Source of the DNA: a virus | Lineage: Duplodnaviria; Caudoviricetes | Virus record (IMG/VR): IMGVR_UViG_3300016644_000028 | Location: 1-30,105 of that record | Reading direction: 5' to 3' (one strand) | DNA length: 30,105 bases | Shown here: piece by piece, positions 1 to 6,998 of the stretch | Layout of the letters: the number at the start of each line of letters is the position of its first letter | Numbering within the stretch: position 1 is the stretch's first letter | The notes under the pieces: generated by a model | Database searches by the model: none | Seen by the model: the letters and a program-made list of their open reading frames with translations, nothing else | What the model was told of the DNA's origin: nothing | Position numbers and translations under genes: made by a program

Positions 1-177
1 TTTAACGATTTGAAGTTGTATTCCCTAAACACAATTGCAATGGCTATAAGTTTCTCCAATGTAGAAAACACGCTTAAAATAATATTATTGTTAGCATCTA
101 TTGTTTACACAATAATGAAGACAATTGAATTAATAAAAAACAAAAAAAATAATGACAACAAAACAACTGATAGCTAA
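1..177 (+). CDS. putative holin / small membrane protein (5'-truncated)
   Basis: Frame 1 is open from base 1 to TAA 175-177 (FNDLKLYSLNTIAMAISFSNVENTLKIILLLASIVYTIMKTIELIKNKKNNDNKTTDS): hydrophobic segments, basic tail, overlaps endolysin start. Not in ORF track. Confidence 0.6.
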   Translation, partial: FNDLKLYSLNTIAMAISFSNVENTLKIILLLASIVYTIMKTIELIKNKKNNDNKTTDS

Positions 178-616
178 ATACGGAAAACCTAATGCCACAG
201 GAGAAGGATATCTTGTTACAATACAGCTTCCATATCCAATGAGAATTGCTTGGGATACAGATACATCTGTAAATAAAATGAGATGTCATAAGTTAGTTGC
301 GGATAAATTTTTAGCTGTATTTAATGAAATTCACAGGGTTTATGGATATGCTAAAATAAAAGAACTTGGCATTGATTTGTTTGGAGGTTGCTTTAATTTT
401 AGAAAAATGAGAGGTGCTGACCAATGGAGTATGCACTCTTGGGCTATAGCTGTTGATTTAGATCCATCAAGAAACGGAATGAACACTCCTTTATCTAAAG
501 CTCAATTTTCAAAACCAGAATACAAGCCTATGATTGATATATTTAAAAAACATGGATTTGAATGGGGTGGGGATTTATGGAAAAAAGATTGTATGCATTT
601 TCAAATAAAAAATTAA
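152..616 (+). CDS. endolysin, M15-family Zn peptidase (L-Ala-D-Glu peptidase-like)
   Basis: R...SMHSWAIAVD motif (SxHxxxxAxD) and WGGDLW...DCMHFQ third ligand, typical of peptidase M15. Confidence 0.88.
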   Translation: MTTKQLIAKYGKPNATGEGYLVTIQLPYPMRIAWDTDTSVNKMRCHKLVADKFLAVFNEIHRVYGYAKIKELGIDLFGGCFNFRKMRGADQWSMHSWAIAVDLDPSRNGMNTPLSKAQFSKPEYKPMIDIFKKHGFEWGGDLWKKDCMHFQIKN

Positions 617-628
617 AAAAACAATAAT

Positions 629-970
629 ATGACACCAAGTAAATTTATAGGACTATTGTTTCAATCAAGAAACGCAATGCATATAGCTCACTTACAAACA
701 AGAAGCTATGCAGAACACAAAGCATTAAACGGATACTATGATGGTATTTTAGACTTAACAGATACATTTGTAGAAGCTTATTTTGGAAGAAACAAAAGAG
801 TTGAAATTGTTATTCCTGAAAGCAAAAATACTAACGCAGAGTCTCATCTAACGGAGCTTAGAAAAATAATTGACACAGAAAGAGCTAATTATACTTCTGA
901 ATTACAAAACATTATGGATGAAATGATTTCTTTAATTGACAAAACTTTATATTTGTTGACATTAAACTAA
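629..970 (+). CDS. ferritin/Dps-like four-helix protein (DUF5856-like)
   Basis: HIAHLQTRSYAEHKALNGYYD...D...E and ELQNIMDE...KTLYLL pattern recognised from a common phage family. Confidence 0.7.
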   Translation: MTPSKFIGLLFQSRNAMHIAHLQTRSYAEHKALNGYYDGILDLTDTFVEAYFGRNKRVEIVIPESKNTNAESHLTELRKIIDTERANYTSELQNIMDEMISLIDKTLYLLTLN

Positions 971-973
971 TAT

Positions 974-3559
974 ATGGCAAGAATAAGCACATACGCATTA
1001 GATGAAAAGATAACAGGAGGTGATAAATGGATAGGTAGTGATTCTGGTTTTTATAATAAAACAAAGAACTTTACACCATTAAAACTTGCTGATTACTTTA
1101 ACTCTTCTGAGAAAATAGATTCTACCAATTCATTAAGGTTTTGGTATCAAACTTTGGACTTCCAAGAAGATAGGAGTTTTGGTACTATTTCTTTTGAGAA
1201 TGAAATTGGAGCATCTGTTTCTTTCTCATCTATAACATCTTTTTTGTTAAGCAAAAAAACTGAAGGAAATATTTTTGTTTATGACTTCTTAAGTTCATTG
1301 ATTGACTCTAAGGTTTTATTACATCAGGGTAACACAATGAATTTGTATGCTATATATGAAGTTACTAATATAGAAGAATACGAATTAGACTCTAACTTTA
1401 TAAAAGTAGATGTGTCTTTTATAAGAGGAAATGGTTCTTTAATCGAAGATTTATCATATTTATTATCTGTTGTAGACTTTGCTTTAGAGCAAGATATAAC
1501 AAAACACAGTGAGTTAACATTAGATGACGGAACAAATCCTCATGGTACTACAAAAAACGATGTTGGTTTAAATAATGTTGACAATACAAGTGATGTTGAC
1601 AAGCCTATTAGTACAGCAACTCAACAAGTTTTGGATTTAAAAGCTGATGCAATTGATTTAGATAATTTAGTACCTTATACAGGTGCAACGCAAGATGTAG
1701 ACTTAGGCGAGTTTGAGTTAAAGGCAGGACAAGTTGAGTTTGATACTACACCAACAGGAAACGAAGGAGTTGGTATTTTACGTTGGAATGATTCAGACGG
1801 AACTTTAGACTTAGGTTTAAAAGGTGGTAATGTTACTTTACAAATTGGACAAGAACAAGTAGTAAGAGTTGTCAATAAAACAGGTTTTAATTTACTTGAG
1901 AGTAACTATCAGGCTGTAAGAGTAAATGGAGCGCAAGGTCAACGTTTAAAAGTAGATTTAGCACAAGCTACAAATGATTTATTAAGTGCTGAAACTATTG
2001 GACTTGTAACTGAAAATATTGATAATAATCAAGAGGGCTTTGTTACTACAAGTGGTTTAATTAGAGGAATTAATACCACAGGGAGTTTGCAAGGAGAAAC
2101 GTGGGCAGATGGCGATATTCTTTATTTAAGTCCATTTGTGGCTGGTAGAATTACAAACATAAAACCAAGTGCACCAAATCATTTGATTGTAGTAGGTTAT
2201 GTAGTTTATGCACACGCTAATAACGGAAGTATATTTGTAAAAGTTGATAATGGATATGAATTAGAGGAGTTGCACAACGTAACAGAAACTAATTATACAA
2301 CTCCAATTGATGCAGATAGTTTATTAACTTTTGATATAACTAATTCACTTTGGAAGCGTTTAAGTTGGTCAAATATAAAATCAAACTTAAAGACTTATTT
2401 TGATACTATTTATCAAACAGCTTTAGGATTCACTCCTGAAAACGTAGCAAATAAAGCAAATGATTTAACATCACCAGATAATACAAAGTATCCTACTACC
2501 CAAACTGTGGTAGATGGATTAGCAACCAAACTCGACAAATCAACAACTCCTTCAAGCGTTTACGGAACAGATACAAGTGGCGGACAAACTATGATTCCTT
2601 TGAGTGATTTTGGAACGGTAAAAGGTACAGGAACAACAAATAGAATTTCAAAATTTACTGCAAGTGGTACTATTGGAGATTCTCAAATATTTGATAATGG
2701 AACTAACGTAGGTGTAGGTGCTGAATCTACAAGTGCAAGATTAGACGTAAGAGCACAAGGAGCTTTAGCTACTGATATAGCTTTTAGAGTTAGAAATAGT
2801 GTTAATACACAAAACTCTTTAGTAGTAAATGGTGCAGGTGATGTTTATAACAGAGGAGCGCAAGGTGTAGCTTCAAATACTTTTTTTGGAGAAAGTGCAG
2901 GAAGAAATGCAACTGGAAATAATAATATAGGTTTTGGTTATCAAGCACTTCAAACAAACACAACTGGTAGTGGTAATTCTGCTTTTGGTTATCAAACACT
3001 TTTTGTAAACACAATAGGTTATTCCAACTCTGCTTTTGGGAATAATGCGCTTCGTTTAAACTCATTAGGTAATAACAATTCTGCTTTCGGTAACTATGCA
3101 ATTAGCTATAACACCACAGGTAGTAACAATTCTGCTTTCGGTAACTATGCACTTTCAGCAAACACAACGAGTAGTGGTAATTCTGCTTTTGGTGCTTATG
3201 CACTTTTTTCAAATACAACAGGAAATCAAAACATAGCTTTTGGATATGATGCTGGAAGATACACAAATAGTGGAGCTAATAATCAAACATCAATCAATAG
3301 TGTTTATTTCGGATTCGATTCAAGAGCATCAGCATCGGGTAATACAAATGAAATAGTAATAGGACACTCATCAAGAGGCGATGGCTCAAATAGTGTAGTA
3401 TTAGGTAACTCATCAATAACAAGAACACGTTTACAAGGTCAAGTTATAATGGGTTCATTTGCCACTGCACCAACAGGAATTGAAGGAGCTATTTATTATA
3501 ATTCAACTGATAAAAAACATTATGGTTTCAACGGAACAACTTGGAACGCTTTATACTAA
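974..3559 (+). CDS. tail fibre / receptor-binding protein (mosaic)
   Basis: NPHGTTKNDVGLNNVDNTSDVDKPISTA fibre repeat, GDSQIFDNGTNVGVG segment, C-terminal 17-aa NSAFG repeats and EGAIYYNSTDKKHYGFNGTTW end. Confidence 0.8.
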   Translation: MARISTYALDEKITGGDKWIGSDSGFYNKTKNFTPLKLADYFNSSEKIDSTNSLRFWYQTLDFQEDRSFGTISFENEIGASVSFSSITSFLLSKKTEGNIFVYDFLSSLIDSKVLLHQGNTMNLYAIYEVTNIEEYELDSNFIKVDVSFIRGNGSLIEDLSYLLSVVDFALEQDITKHSELTLDDGTNPHGTTKNDVGLNNVDNTSDVDKPISTATQQVLDLKADAIDLDNLVPYTGATQDVDLGEFELKAGQVEFDTTPTGNEGVGILRWNDSDGTLDLGLKGGNVTLQIGQEQVVRVVNKTGFNLLESNYQAVRVNGAQGQRLKVDLAQATNDLLSAETIGLVTENIDNNQEGFVTTSGLIRGINTTGSLQGETWADGDILYLSPFVAGRITNIKPSAPNHLIVVGYVVYAHANNGSIFVKVDNGYELEELHNVTETNYTTPIDADSLLTFDITNSLWKRLSWSNIKSNLKTYFDTIYQTALGFTPENVANKANDLTSPDNTKYPTTQTVVDGLATKLDKSTTPSSVYGTDTSGGQTMIPLSDFGTVKGTGTTNRISKFTASGTIGDSQIFDNGTNVGVGAESTSARLDVRAQGALATDIAFRVRNSVNTQNSLVVNGAGDVYNRGAQGVASNTFFGESAGRNATGNNNIGFGYQALQTNTTGSGNSAFGYQTLFVNTIGYSNSAFGNNALRLNSLGNNNSAFGNYAISYNTTGSNNSAFGNYALSANTTSSGNSAFGAYALFSNTTGNQNIAFGYDAGRYTNSGANNQTSINSVYFGFDSRASASGNTNEIVIGHSSRGDGSNSVVLGNSSITRTRLQGQVIMGSFATAPTGIEGAIYYNSTDKKHYGFNGTTWNALY
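2873..3410 (+). repeat. coding tandem repeat, 51-nt / 17-aa unit (xNSAFGxxALxxNTTGx)
   Basis: About 8 clear units plus degenerate flanks; exact 28-nt duplicate taacaattctgctttcggtaactatgca at 3073-3100 and 3124-3151. Confidence 0.85.
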
Positions 3560-3565
3560 TTAATT

Positions 3566-3715
3566 ATGCAAAAATTTACAATAACATTAACAGAACAACA
3601 AGTAAACATAGTTTTACAAAGTTTAGCTAAAATGCCACTAGAGCAAGTTTTAGAAACATTTACAGAAATTAAGCAACAAGCTGAAAAACAATTACAAGAT
3701 GATAAAGACAAATAA
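3566..3715 (+). CDS. small helical protein downstream of fibre (possible fibre chaperone), 49 aa
   Basis: MQKFTITLTEQQVNIVLQSLAKMPLEQVLETFTEIKQQAEKQLQDDKDK; fills the gap between fibre stop and next ORF; below ORF-track cutoff. Confidence 0.7.
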   Translation: MQKFTITLTEQQVNIVLQSLAKMPLEQVLETFTEIKQQAEKQLQDDKDK

Positions 3716-4064
3716 AGGAGTATATCCAACAAGAGCTGGCGAGTTAGTACCTATTCATATTGAAATTTTAGCTATTCAAGATGAATTTAACGAAAGTAGA
3801 TTCAAGTTTGTAATAGGAGATTATATTTTTGACAGAGAAGAAAAACGCTATGTAAACGATAGAGTTATAAATCTTTCATACGCTGAAAGAGATGCCTTGA
3901 AAAATGTAATTTTAAATCAAATCACGGTTGAAGGTACCGAAAGCGAAGTTAACAAAGCAATTTTACCAAATGCGCTACTTTATTTTGTGTTGAATGATTT
4001 TGTTGATGTAGAAGCACAAACTTTAATTTATGGTACAACTCCAAACGATTGGGAAATATTATAA
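3699..4064 (+). CDS. hypothetical protein
   Basis: 121-aa ORF, tightly packed in the operon. Confidence 0.7.
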   Translation: MIKTNKGVYPTRAGELVPIHIEILAIQDEFNESRFKFVIGDYIFDREEKRYVNDRVINLSYAERDALKNVILNQITVEGTESEVNKAILPNALLYFVLNDFVDVEAQTLIYGTTPNDWEIL

Positions 4065-4070
4065 TAAATA

Positions 4071-4415
4071 ATGGGAATTTTACTTTACATCATCGCCACT
4101 ATTCTTTGGGTTTTAATAACGCCTATTAACTGGCTTATAGTATCGTTAAAATACGGTTTAAGCAACGCTTATTTTAAAGAAACCGCAATTGATATTGATA
4201 AGTTCGGCAACCGCAATTTTAGAACATTTTTAAATGTAACAATGAGGTTAAGAAATGGTTATAAGTTCGGAAACGTAAACGAAACAATTTCAAGCGCATT
4301 AGGCAAAAATCAAAGAGATGGAACACTTAGCTGGTTTGGAAAAGGTATTTGTTTTGTTCTTGACAAATTAGATAAAAACCATTGCAAAAAAAGCATAGAT
4401 AATTTATTAAACTAA
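4071..4415 (+). CDS. hypothetical membrane-anchored phage protein
   Basis: Hydrophobic N-terminus then DKFGN...FGNVNETISSALGKN...LDKNHC pattern. Confidence 0.7.
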   Translation: MGILLYIIATILWVLITPINWLIVSLKYGLSNAYFKETAIDIDKFGNRNFRTFLNVTMRLRNGYKFGNVNETISSALGKNQRDGTLSWFGKGICFVLDKLDKNHCKKSIDNLLN

Positions 4416-4429
4416 AATATAAAAAAAAT

Positions 4430-5638
4430 ATGACAAGAATAAAAACATATATTGTTGATAACATAATATCAGACCAAGATAAAATAATAGGTACTGACGC
4501 AGACAATTCTTCTGAAACAAAGAATTTTAGAGTAGGAGATTTAAGAGACTATATGCTTTCTGGACTTGAACCCGAAACTGGTGGAAATTTAAAAATAACA
4601 ACAATAACAGAAACAAGTGAAACTTATTTAACGCCTGAGTCTTGGATAAATAATCAAGACCCTGCTATTGAGGTTTTACAATACGAGATTATATTTTTAA
4701 TTTTAAACGGAAGAACTTATATCTTTAGAAAAAATAATGCCGTATATGGTGTAGGAGAAACTCAAGCAATATCGAGTGATTTTACAGAGATAGATATTAC
4801 TTCTGTTATTAATGCAAACCTTCAAAATTTAAACTCTGTTTTAAATGAAGGAGATACTTCTGAGCTAGATGCTAACATAGGAGCTTTAGGACTATTTGAT
4901 ACTTTTGACGAAACAGGATACGGAAAAATTTACTGCTTTAAGAATAGAATTTATTTTCAAGACACTGATTCAAATGATTTGTTTTACATTCAAGAAAAAA
5001 GTATCGCTATAAAAGACACAGAAACACTGTATATAACAAGTATAGAACAACAAAGCGGACTTACTGAAAATGTTACGGCAACACTTCAAAATACATCTGG
5101 AATAATAGCTTATATAGATGATATACCTACAGATTATATTACAAATATATCTACATCTAGTGATGAATTAGAAGTTGTAAATACCGAAGGAAATGTAACT
5201 GTGAATTACATACAAAAAACAACGCCTTATGTAATCTCGTCTAATTTGTTCGATTCAGTAACAAGCACCATATATTTCATAGATGGAGGTGAGTTTAATT
5301 ATTCTCTTTCAGTTTATCCAATAGATTCAATTAATTTTGAATTTAATACAGACATAAACTTATTAGCGTCTGGTTCTGATAAAGTTATTAGAGCATATTT
5401 TTTATATGAAAATGGAACATCGATAATAAAAAATATTACTGCTGATGATGTTTCTGTAGTTGCAGGGAATACATTATCTGCAAAAATTATATTCTCTGAT
5501 TTTTGGATCGAAACTCCTGGTGAAAGACTTAGTGTTTTCGAAGCAACAATATTCCCAAACACAGTAGAATCTACAGATCTAGTTTCTTTTAATGGATGTA
5601 TTTCTACGTCTTTAAGTAGATATATTTATAAATTTTAA
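4430..5638 (+). CDS. putative second fibre/structural protein
   Basis: N-terminal ~42 aa resemble those of 974..3559; acidic, T/S/I-rich beta-type composition. Confidence 0.6.
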   Translation: MTRIKTYIVDNIISDQDKIIGTDADNSSETKNFRVGDLRDYMLSGLEPETGGNLKITTITETSETYLTPESWINNQDPAIEVLQYEIIFLILNGRTYIFRKNNAVYGVGETQAISSDFTEIDITSVINANLQNLNSVLNEGDTSELDANIGALGLFDTFDETGYGKIYCFKNRIYFQDTDSNDLFYIQEKSIAIKDTETLYITSIEQQSGLTENVTATLQNTSGIIAYIDDIPTDYITNISTSSDELEVVNTEGNVTVNYIQKTTPYVISSNLFDSVTSTIYFIDGGEFNYSLSVYPIDSINFEFNTDINLLASGSDKVIRAYFLYENGTSIIKNITADDVSVVAGNTLSAKIIFSDFWIETPGERLSVFEATIFPNTVESTDLVSFNGCISTSLSRYIYKF

Positions 5639-5640
5639 TT

Positions 5641-6183
5641 ATGAAGAATAATTTAATAAGTTTTGTAATCGGCTTTCTGTTATGTTTAATTGCGTTAACT
5701 TGTTGTGAAGGCAATGATTTAAAGTATAAAGAAGTAACTAAAATAAAAACGGTAAAGGTTACAGACACATTGAAGGTTAAAGGAGTTATAACCACTAAGT
5801 ATAAAAAAGTATATGTTAGAAAAACAGATACTTCCATTGTTTACGTGGATAAAGCAGACACTTCAAGCGTAGAGGCTAGAAAATATTCTCAAGAAATTCA
5901 AGGAAAAAGAATGAAAGGAGTTGTACACATAACTACTACAGGAGAACTTTTAGACGTGTGTGCTGATATTGAAACTAAAGACAGCATAATAGAAAGAACG
6001 ATAACAAAATATAATAACAAAAGTAAGCTGTTTTTATCTGGAAAATATAACACAAATAATTCAGCAGAGGTTGGTATTGATTGGAATATAAAAAACAAAG
6101 CTTTAATAAAAGGAGGAGTAGGTTACCAAATAAGCAATAACACTCCTTATATTTCAGTAGGAATAGGAATCCCTATATTTTAA
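5641..6183 (+). CDS. putative lipoprotein / spanin-like membrane protein
   Basis: Signal-like N-terminus ending LTCC; C-terminal amphipathic strands ending YISVGIGIPIF. Confidence 0.5.
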   Translation: MKNNLISFVIGFLLCLIALTCCEGNDLKYKEVTKIKTVKVTDTLKVKGVITTKYKKVYVRKTDTSIVYVDKADTSSVEARKYSQEIQGKRMKGVVHITTTGELLDVCADIETKDSIIERTITKYNNKSKLFLSGKYNTNNSAEVGIDWNIKNKALIKGGVGYQISNNTPYISVGIGIPIF

Positions 6184-6184
6184 T

Positions 6185-6194
6185 TATCTTTGCA
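6185..6194 (+). promoter_or_regulatory. Bacteroidota -7 promoter element TAnnTTTG(CA)
   Basis: TATCTTTGCA in the intergenic gap before 6214; matches the TAnnTTTG consensus. Confidence 0.7.
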
Positions 6195-6213
6195 TTATCT
6201 AATTTAATCTAAC

Positions 6214-6441
6214 ATGAATTTAATAAGAAAAATAAGTGTTAACATTGACAATAAAAATGTTATGCACTATCAGGTAGAAAGTAAAGTATTTGGAGGAAAT
6301 AAGGTTGTTTCTGACATTATAGAAAAAGACGAAAAGTTCTTTGACATCTATGTAAAAGAAGTAGATACAAATGTAAAGACAATTTGGAAATCATTTAATT
6401 GCAATAACGTAATTCATATTGAATACGATACTGAAAATTAA
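6214..6441 (+). CDS. hypothetical protein
   Basis: 75-aa ORF with AT-rich initiation region, directly after promoter motif. Confidence 0.75.
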   Translation: MNLIRKISVNIDNKNVMHYQVESKVFGGNKVVSDIIEKDEKFFDIYVKEVDTNVKTIWKSFNCNNVIHIEYDTEN

Positions 6442-6446
6442 GTAAT

Positions 6447-6998
6447 ATGAGAAGTCCACATTATTTCATTGTAAAACCGCTTAACTCGGAGAGGTATTCT
6501 AATCTATCTGAATCAGGATTGGTATTAAACGTATCATACGAGGACCACTCTTTTACTCAAAGGTTAGCAGAAGTAATTTCTACACCTATTGGATATGAAG
6601 GAGATGTAGAGTCTGGAGATGTAATAGTAGTACATCATAATACTTTTAGGATTCAATATAATAATCAAGGGTTTCCTTTGGAGAGTAAATATCACATTAA
6701 AGATGACTTGTTTTATATTGAGCCTCAACTTGTATATATGGTTATTAAAAAAGATAGCAATGAGATTAAAGCTATTACTCCTTACTGTTTTATACAACCT
6801 ATGTTTGAGAAAGATGAATTTGGTACTGGAGAAAAAGAAGTTGAGCAAATGTGTTGGTTAAAGTATAAGAACGATAAAATGGAATCTTTTAATGAAGGAG
6901 ATGTTGTTGGTGTTAAGAAAGATTCTGAGTACGAATTTAATCTGTTTGGAGAAAAACTCTATATGATTAACTCAAATAGAATATTATTTAGTATATGA
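6447..6998 (+). CDS. groES: GroES-like co-chaperonin, apparently two tandem domains
   Basis: FIVKP...SESGLVL...AEVIS...VESGDVIVV and second YCFIQP...NEGDVVGV...FGEKLYMINSNRIL, each following the Cpn10 pattern. Confidence 0.65.
   Translation: MRSPHYFIVKPLNSERYSNLSESGLVLNVSYEDHSFTQRLAEVISTPIGYEGDVESGDVIVVHHNTFRIQYNNQGFPLESKYHIKDDLFYIEPQLVYMVIKKDSNEIKAITPYCFIQPMFEKDEFGTGEKEVEQMCWLKYKNDKMESFNEGDVVGVKKDSEYEFNLFGEKLYMINSNRILFSI

Noticed and set aside
948-955. TATATTTG upstream of the fibre gene as another promoter
   Set aside because: Inside a coding region, lacks the following CA, and the same octamer occurs mid-gene (2230-2237); too likely by chance in AT-rich DNA.
3073-3151. Repeats as CRISPR array or DGR template/variable repeat
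   Set aside because: In-frame 51-nt coding periodicity, no unique spacers or cas genes, no reverse transcriptase in the window and no adenine-specific mismatch pattern.
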